DNA of 64,000 bases from assembly GCA_965153285.1 (NCBI GenBank), contig OZ229115.1; one strand, written 5' to 3'. The stretch comes from Podarcis tiliguerta. Lineage: Eukaryota. Position 1 is the first letter of the stretch. Every line of letters starts with the position of its first letter. This document shows positions 25,007 to 37,409 of this stretch, piece after piece. The translations under genes were made by a program, and so were the position numbers. The notes under the pieces were generated by a model. The model saw nothing but the letters and a program-made list of their open reading frames with translations. It ran no database searches and had not been told where the DNA came from.

Positions 25007-25194
25007 TTGCTACAATTGATGATGATGTCTTCTGGCATTATCCGCCTCTTCAGCATGCCCATTTTGGGATGGTTTCCACGCCCTCTGAAGAGACCCGGAG
25101 GCTCAATCTTAAAGTTGGCAATTCTTTCCTTATGGTTATCCATGATACAATAGCCATATTCTTTTAATAACCGCTCGTTCTCCTCTTTAATTTT
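25007..25194 (-). CDS. TOP1: TOP1 exon 12 (188 nt): [62 protein letters not shown]
   Basis: ctag|AAA acceptor, AA|gtgag donor; contains the FRGRG loop (R364 equivalent). Confidence 0.98.
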
Positions 25195-25482
25195 CTAGGG
25201 GAAAACAAAACGCCCACAAAAAAAGAAAAAAATTACAACACACTCCAAACCACACTATAAATTATTCAGAACCAGAGTTACAAGAAATTCATTAGCTCCA
25301 TCCAGGTTGTGCTGCAAGAGGCATTTTACAAGTACAGCAAAGCACAGTGAAAGAAAGAGGTTGTGATCTTGAGAGTGTTAATAGTCACAGAGCTACTCAA
25401 CACAGTTTAGAAATAACTTGAAATATCCCCAGTATTTCAGCATCCCATCCTTCCACCATGACTAGCTCATCTCAACCACACT

Positions 25483-25810
25483 TAGAATCATAGAGTTGGA
25501 ATAGACCACAAGGGCCATCGAGTCCAACCCCCTGCCAAGCAGGAAACACCATCAGAGCACTCCTGACATATGGTTGTCAAGCCTCTGCTTAAAGACCTCC
25601 AAAGAAGGAGACTCCACCACACTCCTTGGCAGCAAATTCCACTGTCGAACAGCTCTTACTGTCAGGAAGTTCTTCCTAATGTTTAGGTGGAATCTTCTTT
25701 CTTGTAGTTTGGATCCATTGCTCCGTGTCCACTTCTCTGGAGCAGCAGAAAACAACCGTTCTCCCTCCTCTATATGACATCCTTTTACATATTTGAACAT
25801 GGCTATCATG
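25483..25810 (-). mobile_element. CR1 LINE, 5'-truncated 3' end with open ORF2 C-terminus, in TOP1 intron 11
   Basis: ORF 25552..25815 reads MIAMFKYVKG...RRFHLNIRKNFLTVRAVRQWNLLPRSVVESPSLEVFKQRLD, typical of CR1 ORF2; ATTCTA-type tail. Confidence 0.92.
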
Positions 25811-25960
25811 CTCATTTATCTCACTTCTCATTTATCTGAAGTCTTATCTCTGGGCCAGCCTTTAATCCCTTCCTTAATTCACCATTTAGCACCCATCATA
25901 TTAGATTGTACCCTTTGGTTGCACCTTGAAACAACAACAACAAATTCTAAATCAAGTTAC

Positions 25961-26083
25961 CTGTTTTTCCTCCTTGGTCATCTGTTTTCTGGCTTCTGAC
26001 TGGGCTTTGAAATACTGACTCATATGGTTAAAGTCACACTTGCTGAGGCTGGTGATGGTACTCTTTTCTTCATGGGTCATTTC
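25961..26083 (-). CDS. TOP1: TOP1 exon 11 (123 nt): EMTHEEKSTITSLSKCDFNHMSQYFKAQSEARKQMTKEEKQ
   Basis: gcag|GAA acceptor, CAG|gtaac donor; ORF 25952..26176. Confidence 0.98.
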
Positions 26084-26743
26084 CTGCAAAACAGAAATCT
26101 GAATCTGTAAAACGCTTAAAAAGGAAACTGCACTCCACCTTGTTTTCAGTAAAGTCAGTTTGGATGCTGCTATCATATCAGTGAAGTTACAACAAGATCA
26201 GTGAAGTTACAACAAGAGCTATAAACCTATAAAAGGCCAAATGCAGAATGGAAGAACATCATGGTTTCATCTTTGAGAGTTATTATCATCTAATTAAGAA
26301 AGAAGGCATCCTTCAGCAAACCATACTCAAGTGCTGAGAGATGAAACTTTATCAACATTCTACACCAAAGAAGTCTCTGAAGTCAGGGACTGTATGCCAA
26401 GTATATTCCTATAATTTCATGTTATTTCCAAGGGAGCTTGAAATCCTGATTTTAAACCCCTTTCAGGGACAGAATGGGGAGCGCAGAACTGAATGGAGAG
26501 AGGGAGGCAAGGAAGAATTCCAGATTGCTGTGCAGTCACACGCCTGGACTCGGGAAGCCCTTCTTAATTTCCCTCCAATTATTATTTTTTTCACCAGGCA
26601 TTGCCCAGGATGGATTTGATATTCAAGCTTTTTTAAAGAATGCTAAGACTCTCAGGGTGCCAAATATTGCACTTGAACAATGCTCCTGCAGGCATTGTTT
26701 ATTACAGAAGTATCCCTGTCTCCTAGGAGTCCAGAGTGAAATA

Positions 26744-27011
26744 CAGTGGTGCCCCGCAAGACGAAATTAATTCGTTCTGCGAGTATTTTCGTTCTATGAG
26801 TTTTTTCATCTTGCGAAGCACCAATGTGTATTGACGGTTTCCCATAGGAATGCATTGGCGGTTTAAAAAAAAAAAAGGGCGCAAGACGTTTTCGTCTTGC
26901 GAAGCAAGCCCATAGGGAAATTCGTCTTGCGAAGCAACTCAGAAAACAGAAAAACCTTTCGTCTAGCGAGTTTTTCGTCTTGCGAGGCATTCATCTTGCG
27001 GGGTACCACTG
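26744..27011. mobile_element. Tigger/pogo-like MITE with 22-bp TIRs
   Basis: TA|CAGTGGTGCCCCGCAAGACGAA...TTCATCTTGCGGGGTACCACTG|TA. Confidence 0.88.
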
Positions 27012-27642
27012 TATAGGAAGCTCTCTCAGTTTATCTGAACAATGCTATGAGGTATCTAGGCTGAGAAATGATTTCCTCAAAGCAGCTAAAGGCAGAATAT
27101 GGTATTTCTCTCCAAGCATTTCATCTTCACAACAACAGTGAAAGATGGTTGAAAAACTGGTCTGATGACATCCAATGATACTACACTAGCTATTATACAT
27201 TATTTTGATCATACTTGTTCCATGTTACATGAACAGAAGAGAACGCAGCCAGCCTGCCAATCCTGGGTCACCTGTGACAGCCTATTTAATATACTTCATC
27301 ACTTGGCAGATTGATTCTAGTCAGGAAAGCTGTTAATAAAAGGTTCCTGGTCCACAGAGTTTAAGTAGAGCGTGCCTGTGATAAACACAGACAAATTTTG
27401 CTGTTTCAAATAGTTTGTGGCCATTCTAGGACAATGCTTCACACAAAGTAAAAAAATAGTAATAATCAAGCCATTTCAACTTAACCAAAGCATTAAGCAG
27501 CACTGCTATCACCAGGCAAGCAGAACTGCTATCACCGTAAAAGCAACAATTCAGCAGGTGTCCAGGCAAGTGGCAAACTGCATGCCTACTTTAGCTACCT
27601 AAGGAACCAAACACTCCCACCCTTCCAAAACCTTGACCATAC

Positions 27643-27764
27643 CTTTCTCCAGTCTTTGAAGAAGTTTTTCCTGAAGATGTCCTTTGTAGTGTATTCGTGA
27701 TCAAGCATTTTTGCAAAGAACGTTGCTACTTCTTCTGCTTTGGGACTGAGCTTCATAACTTTAC
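27643..27764 (-). CDS. TOP1: TOP1 exon 10 (122 nt): KVMKLSPKAEEVATFFAKMLDHEYTTKDIFRKNFFKDWRK
   Basis: gtag|GT acceptor, AAG|gtatg donor; core-domain sequence. Confidence 0.98.
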
Positions 27765-30700
27765 CTACAACAGAGAAGGCAATCCATGAGTAAACAGGAA
27801 AAAACGAGGTGGCATCCTACAGACACTCAACCCCTCAACCAGCCTACTCCTCTTACCTCAGAGAGAAGGGATCCAGGAACATCCCTCCCCAGCGTTGGCC
27901 CTCTGTGAATATACAATGCACAGCCAAAATAATGACCCTGCGAACAAGTTATTGAACATCCTTGTGTTTCAGGGGAAGCCAGGGGTCAGGAGGAGGAGGG
28001 CTGTAACCAAAGTCACACACTGGGCTCCAAATTTTACTATGGGCAGTACAATTTTACTTTACATTCACTAACCTAACCTAGCATCTTTACATCAGTTAGC
28101 ATGAAAATAGTGTTGGGTCTGGTTCTAAGTTTTTTCAGAAGTGAATGAAGTCAGGTACTCCAAGTTTGGGTTTCTGTTTCGCTTTCAAAGAGGAAGAGCA
28201 CAGGAATTTTTGCTCCTTTAAAGAGGTAGACTCTGGAACTGCGAAATGACAACATACTATGCGAAATGACAACATAATAACAAAGAGAGGAGGAATTAGC
28301 TACCAAAACCACCAAGGAAATAGGCCAACAGTAGAAAGAGAACATTGAAGAGGAAAAGGCTAAGTTAAGAAACCCAGCCATCGCAGACCACAGGAAGAGC
28401 CAGACTGGAAGGAGGGAAAATTTCCCCTGGAGAGGAGGTGAAAGGCCTTGAAGATGCTGCCTGTCTAATCCAGTAGGGGGAGCTATCACACTCAGGAATG
28501 TGCTCCAGCTCTGTCCTTAGGAAGAAGTGCAATCTCCAACAAAGTATGGCATTAATGTTTTGAGTTCTATTAGATCTCACTTCCTTCTCTGGGGATACTT
28601 AAAAAAACAAAACACCTTTCTTTTTATTTCTCTGAGTCTTTTCCACCATCCTCTTTACCCAGTCACACCATCCCATTCCCACTCAACTGTCAGTCTGCAG
28701 GTATTGAGCACATTCAGGGTTTGTTTGGTATTTTTGGAGAGGGATGGAGTTATTCCTTCTTAGTTCCTCTGCCCAAGTCTTCTTGCACTTCTGCAAACCT
28801 CAAGGGTACCCCGAATTTGCCAACGGCATCCTCCTGTGTGTGGCTTTCGCTATTTCCAGATAATTTGCAACAGCATTCAGCTAACTGATTTGGAATTAGA
28901 ATACAGGATGATGGAATCTCTTAACTCTTCCCCTGTGGATGTACAGTGAGACTCTTCTCTGACTACAGCGAGTTCAATCCTACAAGAGGTGAAGCAATCA
29001 AAGGATTCCCAAGGGTGAAGAAGCATCATAGTAGTTCAGCTGTATGCTCCCATGTAACAACATTGGCTTGCCATGAGGCCTAGTGGGGCCGACCCCATTA
29101 TATGCATAAAGCAAAGGATAAAGGAATCAGGCTCTCATGGCAGAAAAGTAATAGCTGACATGCCCATCATCAGACTGTCTTCCTCTTTATCCTGTTCTTG
29201 AGGATCATATAACTGGCACAAGAGTCCTCCATATTGGGCTGATTTTGTGCTGTGTGAGAGGACACTGGTATTTCTAACTCCACTGGCTTAAAAAGTTGTT
29301 GTTAAAAGGCTGCCTGCTTGATATACCAGTGATTCGTGACTGTCCTCTTTCCCCTTGACTGAAGAATTGTAATAGAGGCTCAGCATGAAATAACTAGCTG
29401 CGCAGAAAGGCAGATTTTTCCCACAGCTCAAGGGGGAAGCAATTGCTGCATCAATGCGCTGCAGACCCAACATCTCCCCCTTTCTAAGCAATCTGACTAA
29501 TGTAGGCCCAGACAGTGTTAACGTCACACCAGTCTTCAGTGCACCCAGAGAAGGTGCTTGCCAGCATTCCACAGCAATACCAAACAGGAACAAATATTTC
29601 ACTTGCCAGCAGCCTAAAGAGTTGGCATCGTTTCAGAATAATGGATTCCTGTGAAATCCAATCCAGCCACTACTTGTACTGGTATAGTTAAGGCAGACAG
29701 AGATGGCAATATGGAGTCTTCATGATGCAGAGGGTGTGCCCAGTGTGGGGGGAAGAGGAATTTTCCATCTAGCTTGAAGGAAGTAAGCTATAGAAAAGTA
29801 CTACAGAAAACTGCTAAGAAGAGTGCTTCTGAATGTTGTAAAAGATTTATGGCCATCTGATCTATTTTGTAACATCTATTTTGGAAGATTAGGAACATAG
29901 GAATGATGTTCACTTGACATTTTGTGCTCTGATAGGGATATCAAACTCACAAAGGCACAGAGGTACAATTTGAGGTTTCTCCTTTCAAATACTCAGAAGC
30001 ACAATCAAGAAAGGGACTGGGTCCCTGCTTCTATCTATCTCTGAGCACGAAGGAGGTAGAAAGTGGAGAATGATGTGTACAGTCCAATGCCTGTGGTCTC
30101 ATAATGCTAAAACAAGGTTTAACGTAATTTCTGAATGAGACCAGTAACTACATCGAGTGTTTATGTGCTATTAAGACAGTTTCTCGGATGATTTGGTAGG
30201 GAGACTGAATATAAACCATTTGGGGATTTTATACATTAGTGGCAGCTTGGTCAAACTGCATTCAACTGATTTCACTGTGATAGGGCCAGAGGTATTTATT
30301 CCCCTGAAAATATAAATATCAAGTTAATTTAAATTGCTCACAAACTTGCTTGGGGAGATTACTTGGGCATAGATGCCATATGCTTTCAACTAACTCATAT
30401 GGGCCAATTAATCCCTCTCACATTTCATATTTTAAAGGAACTTGAAAAGGTAGTTTCTAATGATGGCAGCAATCTCCGGAGCCAGCATAAATAGTCATGT
30501 CAACCTCCTTTTCAGTAAATTTAATCTTTCACACACTGGAAAGGTTCCAACAGTCATTACAGATGAGTCAGAACCAGGAAATTCAACAGGGATAGGGTGG
30601 GAAGAAGATATGAATAATCTCTGAATTGACCTTTGGTCATTGGGCAGGGACAGTATGTTAAGTGGCAATACCTTGCTCTGGAAGCAAAGGACCCTCAACC

Positions 30701-31465
30701 AGCTTTAGCAAGACAGAACTAGAAGTGAGAGCATGCCTTGCATTCTAACTGGAAAGATGCATGTAGGCAATGAATGCACATCAGCTGCACATGAGGAATT
30801 CCGCTGCCAAAAACAACGGTACTGGGTCAGACTTGAGAAATAAAACCACTTTAAAGGAAAATATTATTACCAGACAGCACTCACTGTCATTTAAAAAAAA
30901 TGAAAGGGAAAAAAGCATTATCTCTGAACAACTTTCGCTGTGAGAACCCACCACTGAAATACATTGCACTTTCTCAAAATAAGCCTCACTTAATATGACT
31001 GGATACTTCATGAGTGTCTTCCTATGAAATTATGTATCTTTCATTCCTGCTACTAATGCTTTAACATTTCTAAATGACACTGCATTCACAGCTCTGGGAA
31101 TGATCCAGCACTTCTGTGCTGACATCAGGGAGCACAAGGGAACACTGTATCCTGTCTCTGCACCAGTCACAATTCACTGTCCACACAGGGGGACAAGAGG
31201 GTTAAGGATTGTCAAATCACAAGCCTTGAATGGAGGAGGAAAGGGAGATGGACAGACCTGTACTCAGCAGCCTCCAGTACTGGTTGCATGGTTGTGCAGA
31301 TGAAATTCCAACCACCTTCAGAGAATATATAAACCACCAGCCGCATTTTACCAGCATGGGATGACCCTCCCTACAAGGTCTCCCAGTATGGGCTTTTTCT
31401 GCCTTATGAATGCTCATTATAAAGACACCTATTTCCCCACCAAACACCAGCCTTTAGTAGCTTAC

Positions 31466-31581
31466 CATCATAGTAGAATTTGACATTTTCAGGCACAGGT
31501 TCATATGGTGGTGCAAACACAGGGCCTTTGTGTTCCAAGAATTTCCACTTAATACCTTCAGGATAGCGCTCTTCCTCCCAC
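31466..31581 (-). CDS. TOP1: TOP1 exon 9 (116 nt): [38 protein letters not shown]
   Basis: ttaag|G acceptor, G|gtaag donor; ORF 31404..31628. Confidence 0.98.
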
Positions 31582-34530
31582 CTTAAAAAAAAAGGGGGTG
31601 GGGGTGGGAGAGAGAAACATGTGCTCATTCAAATGCCATATGGATTCAGAATCTATAAATGGGGCACCATGAATGCTAAAATTAGTCAATTCAGCAAATT
31701 CAACAATCCATCCTTTCATTTACTCCATTTACTTCTTTCATTTTTATAATGCCTTTCTGCCAAGACACTCAATATAATTTAGCATATTAGAACAGGAAAT
31801 GGTACAAAATATTCTCAGCTTCCTTGCTTCTGACTTCCCTGAGAGGATATAGGTCTTTCTTAAGAAGCACCAGGGAAGGCTGGGGTGGGGCTGCCTCAAG
31901 AGTTCTCTTAGGACTTGGTGGTTATATTCTTCCTCGCCTGGGCTTCCTCATTTCCACCTTCCCTCAGGGCACATGGGTTTTGTTTTGTTTTATTTATTCA
32001 CACAACCCTTCTACTAACTATATTTTAATCTAGAAAGCCAACCCGTTGTGCTACACACATTACCCATGTCTGCATTTATCAGCCAGCACTTTCTGACCGC
32101 CTCACAAGTAAGACAATATATTCCAGGCTTCTTCACAAAGAAGATAGCATTGTTTTTATGTCAGTTTAGATGCATGTCTTACTTGTATACACCACTTGGG
32201 GTGTTAGTAAAAGCAACAAGGAGAAGAAATCCCCAGAGTAACCTGCGCTAGGGTCAGTGACCTCTCCTGTGGTCAGCAGAGGGAAATGATTATTAATGTT
32301 GCTTGAGGTACAGAAATGGCACAGGCCAAACTCATCCCCACTTAGAAGTCTGTTGGGTTGTACTGGCAGCAGGGGATGACACTTTTCTGCAATAACACTA
32401 AATCCAAACCTGAAAGGCTCAAATTCTCAGGTACTTGTCATGTCTCTACAGAAAAACCTGAAATAGGCATTTCCGGTACAGGGATTCGCAACGTATCACC
32501 AGTGAGCCATATCTTTCTTCCTAGATTCACTCAGCAACTGACTTGTGTGTTTAGTCTATCTGTATTTCAAGCTGCAGAACTGAAGGTCACATCATATCTT
32601 ACAGCAGAAGCAGGCACTGGGTAAAGGGCGGGTAGATGCTATTTTAAAAAAGTTTTGTTTTCATTGTGCGTAGAAACATACAGAGAGCAGAGATACTCTT
32701 CAACGTTTTTCTATGGTGTATACCAGGCAGGAAGGGAGAGAGGAGGGGAGAGGATATTTTAGCTTCCACTTTATTACTGTGTGGAAAGAGCTCTTAGCAA
32801 CAGTTTTTAAGGTGTCCTGCAGCTATCACACACTGTGTGAACTAGCTCCAAAAGAAATAGTGGTTGGATGGGGATACAGAAAGATCCTAAAAGATAAAAA
32901 GAAACATTGGAAGCAGCCCAAAGTATCATAAATTACCTCCATGCTAGTTTCACCAGCTCTACCACTTGGAAAGAGTTGCTATGACTTAGACCTTAGCCAT
33001 TTTCACCCCTGGCTATGTGGGAATACAGAGAGACTTTATCTACCACTACAACTAGTGCTGAGAATAATAGCTTGATTCCTCATATTACTTATCTGATAGG
33101 TTGGCATTACTCCTCTAAAACCCTAAACTCTAAAACCCAACCAAACAGGTTCCTTTTAAAACAACTGGCATCTCTCCACCCCCTCAATACCCCCTGGTCT
33201 TTCACTCTGTCAGATCCGCTTGAGGGGGGGGGGGTATCACCAGCTGAATTACATGCAAATTTCTGGGAGTTAATTGGGCAACGTGGGCTAACAGTTTTCA
33301 TTTGAAAGCAGGATCACTTCAAAAGTGTGGCTGCTGTGCTACACAGGGTACAAGGGTGGGAGTGGGCAATGGTAAGAACCAGCAAGAAAGCATGGATGAA
33401 CAATTCTACATTAAGCTTGAGATATCTGCTTGGCCATGTGTTTGTTTTCCCCCTAGAACTCTAATATTTATCAGCTGGTGTTAGGCTGCAAAACAGTGGT
33501 GGGGAGACATAGCAGCAATGGCCTATCGTGGCTCCCTGACATGTGCACATATTACAATACAAAACAAAAAACTATTCCTTACATTCATATTTTAAATTTT
33601 TAAGTACAGAAAAGTAAAGACAGAGTGCCCTGCATTGTAATGGGCATTGTGTTTCATGATGAAACACAGAAACAAGAAGCATAAAGCAAAGGAAAATTAA
33701 GGTGAATACCACAAGCTCTTCCTCAGAACTATTTTCTACTGAAACTGCCAACAAATTCTCAATGAAAATGATCCTCGGGTTTTGAAGCCATAAAGTATGT
33801 TTAAATATCTGCTGGAATGTTTTCACTTAATCAGTTTGTTGACACAGCCTCTCTCCAAGGAGTGTATCTTGAAACACTGGGAGTTGGTTAGCCAAAAGTA
33901 CAGAACTAAAGAACAAACACCAAAAAGTTATTCAAAACACACTGCTGTACAAAGTGGATTGCAATGCAATACACCATTACGAGACTGTTAGCATTGTGTC
34001 CATTTTAAGCAAAATTCAGGATCAAATCAGCCTTGATCCAGAAAAGCATGGAGGGATGCCATGCATGGAGTAAGGCCTTGAATTTTCAATCCTAGACAGT
34101 TGCTTTCACAGGCTTCTTTTAAAATTCCCTGTGGTATGAGGTAGGCTAATGCTCAGGAATGTTAGTAAAAAAAAAAAAAGAAAGACTAGCTTTACATCCC
34201 TGCATATGCCTAAAAAAGGTTGGTTTAGTTTGTGGACTGCAGCCTGTAAGGGTTAACATTTTGAAAGAAGGCTAAGCAGCATTGTTCTTAACACAAAAGC
34301 AAGAGTCATGAAGTTTTATAAAGACTGATTCTCTTGCAAAAGGCATACTAGTTTGGAAAGTAAGAAAATAAGCAGAACTACAAAAAGTATTATTATGGTT
34401 CAAAGGAGGTAAGCTTTCAACTTCAAGATTTGTCAACTAAAGCTTCAGTGGATTAATTAGTAGAGTCCAACTTTAAAATTAGGTGCCAAGCTATTTTTTG
34501 TGGGGCTGAGAAATAGTAATGTTTCAAAAA

Positions 34531-34651
34531 CCTTCCTTGGAAGATTTTAAGCAGGAGTTGGATGGCCATCTGTCATGGATGCTTTAGTTGAGATTCCTGC
34601 ATTGCAAGGAATGACCCTCAAGGTCCCTTCCAATTCTAAGATTCTATGATT
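34531..34651 (+). mobile_element. CR1 3' end fragment (older subfamily)
   Basis: ccttccttggaagattttaagcag...ggtcccttccaattctaagattctatgatt. Confidence 0.75.
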
Positions 34652-35542
34652 TCACCTGTTCTAAAATGATGAGGCAGTGTTTTCTATCCCTTGATAAAAA
34701 GGTGTAGACTGAGGGGGTCCACTTGCTAGTATAATTCAAGGGACCATTGGTCTGGCTGCCTCAGCAAGAGGGACATGTTCCCTTAGTCTAAGCAACTGCT
34801 AACTCGAAGAACAAAATGAAGATAAGAGCCCTGCTAGATCAGATTAAAAGCACCAGCCTGTTCCAGTCTATGGGAAACCCACAAGCAGAACCAGACTGCA
34901 GCAACACTGTTCACACTTGTGATTCCCAGCAACTGGTATAAATGAGAAAGGGCTAATAGTCCTTGATAGACTGATGCTCTGTGAACAATAGCATCACGAA
35001 TAATGAACAGTGGCTGTGAGCAGGTGTTTAAAAAATGTACTTAAGTGAAGGGTAGAGGGCTTTTTGAGCAAACATTTTCACTGCTCCTAACTGGCAATTT
35101 TTGCTGAGCAAATATAACTTTATGAAATCAGCAAAGTGCTAGTTGTAAACCTCACTTAATTTTTGTGATACTTTTGCTGCTAGTGAAATTGATATTAACG
35201 GAAAACAAAAAACTACCGTTAAACGTTCCATCTAATAACAGATAGACATGCCACCTAATAATAAGAGAAACAAAGGCTATGACTTCAGTACCTCAGGACT
35301 TCTAATAAAATGGATATTAAATTTTTGTTCCAATGATAAATCAGTTAGTTGAAAGCCAATTATTAACCTAACAAATCCTTAACTAGTTGAGAGCTCGAAC
35401 TGGGGTTTTCCTTTTCCCTCTAAAATGGAAGATAATCCTGTTTGCAGCTTTGAAGTCCAACCACAAAGAGTCTTCAGTCAGCATTTTTTCAGATGTAAGA
35501 GGAAGCAGCCAGCCACAGGCTGAAATATCAGAGGTGTGTTAC

Positions 35543-35643
35543 CATTTCCATTTCTGCTCCTCTTCTTTTTTTGTTTTCTTCTTCTTCATGTCTCCTTCAG
35601 GAGGCTTCTTATCTTTGCTCTTTATTTTCTTGGGTTTGATATC
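35543..35643 (-). CDS. TOP1: TOP1 exon 8 (101 nt): DIKPKKIKSKDKKPPEGDMKKKKTKKEEEQKWK(W)
   Basis: tcag|GAT acceptor, TG|gtaac donor; ends in the conserved QKWKW. Confidence 0.95.
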
Positions 35644-36216
35644 CTGAAAAGAGATTTTTTTAAAGAGAGAGACCCTATACAGGGAGTAGTTTTACAAGAT
35701 ACTCTTACATTTAAAAACAAACAAATTTTGTAAGAAACCATTTGAAATGTGCTTCTCACAAAAATGGTCCTTGGTCTGAATCAAACTACTTATTCAGTTT
35801 CCTACCGGTGGCAAGGAATTATCATCAATTAACATGCAGAGTGTATCATGGTACGACATAAATAAATTGGCAAAGCCATATACAGGAGGCATATACAGAA
35901 GTGAAAGGGCATAATGTAGAGGAAAAAAGGAGATGCGGACCACTTAGCCTAAGGATGGAGGATGAGTTGCAACTTTGTGGTGAGCAGAGCCCAGCCACCA
36001 GTATGCTCTCTGCATGAATCTAGCCAAAAATCAGGATCTCTACATACTGATCTTAATATGTACTCTAGATCGAGACATCGTGTGTTTTTGTTGGTTAATG
36101 TTTTCAGATGAATGCTAAACTGGATACTCTAAGCAAAATAAAGTGTTCTTTCTCCACAGTTGTCTCCACAACCTGTTATTACCCCAGAGATCCAGAAAAT
36201 ATAAATTCAACCAAAC

Positions 36217-36292
36217 CTCCTCTTCTTCCTGTTTCCGCTTCTTTGATTTTTTTATATCTTCAGTTTTGATCTTCTTGGGTTTGTAGTCGACA
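36217..36292 (-). CDS. TOP1: TOP1 exon 7 (76 nt): VDYKPKKIKTEDIKKSKKRKQEEEE
   Basis: ttcag|T acceptor, GAG|gtttg donor; contains the KKIKTED NLS/SUMO motif. Confidence 0.95.
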
Positions 36293-37322
36293 CTGAAACA
36301 GATCCAACAATTGGAAACAAATCATTTATTTCCAGTTCCGGATTTTATTACTCTCACCCTCCACACACAAATGTTGCTGCTGTGCTGCTTGTAGCCTGCA
36401 TTCCAAAAGCACCAACACCCCAATTCCTGTGGCTCAGATAAAACCTGCTGCTTGACTTTAAGTTATACATTTCCTGAAGCCCCTTCCGTAAGAACAGACA
36501 CAACTACTTTCCAGCGTCTGTAGACCAATGCCAGTTCTCTACCTGTGCTACACACACACACTGACACCATATTATACATGGCTACTGCAGAATACAATCA
36601 AGAAATAAAATCTGCTATTTTTGTATTTGATGCAACCTGTTGCCCCTCATTTGCACTGATCGCTTTTCTTCTCTTTGCTGTTGCAGGACCGGAGGGCGGG
36701 GAGAGTTTAAATTCCCTTTGCAGCAGAAATGGGTAGGACGACTGATGCTGGCCCTGACCCAGGGTGAATCCCAGGCACCTAATGGTCCCAGATGGAGTAG
36801 CGGGATCCAGATGAGCACTGTGATACACACATCAGGTCCACAGTTGCTTCTGTATTAACATCTCCCTTGCAGCATCAAGGCAATTCACTATAGAAGACAG
36901 CTGGGGTTCACAAAGTATTATTAACACTCACTATTCATTCGGTCCTTAACATTTTGTCTTACTAATTATTCTTTTGTTTTATAAAAGCATTTGTCAGCTA
37001 CCTTTCAAAAGATCAAGGCCGCTTACATAAAATGAAAACAAACAAAAAACTGTGCTATTAGAAAAAAAGGTAAACCCCCAGAATGTGGTCCTCCCTCAAG
37101 GGTAATTAAAAGCATTCACTTTTCACTGAGTGGCATGATGAAGTCTGAGTGACAACTGATATCTGGAATGGGCAAAAGAACTTAAGCCCTTAAATCCATT
37201 GATTTCAATGGGTCTATTCTGAGTTATGACTTAGCAAGATACTATAGTTGCTTGCTATAGACAGATCCAAATGTCCCATTATTCCCACTTTTCACTGTAG
37301 GTAATGTTCACAAGCTACTCAC

Positions 37323-37409
37323 TCATCATCCTCTCGGGGTCTCTTTAGGGGCTTATAGTCTTCTTTGTAGTAGCCATCGTCATCCATTTCTTCCTTAATA
37401 CGAGGTGGG
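37323..37409 (-). CDS. TOP1: TOP1 exon 6 (87 nt): PPRIKEEMDDDGYYKEDYKPLKRPREDD
   Basis: ctag|C acceptor, GA|gtgag donor; contains the IKEE SUMO consensus. Confidence 0.95.

Noticed and set aside
26744-27011. CRISPR-like repeated short motif
   Set aside because: Irregular spacing inside a TIR- and TA-bounded MITE in a vertebrate intron; not a repeat-spacer array.
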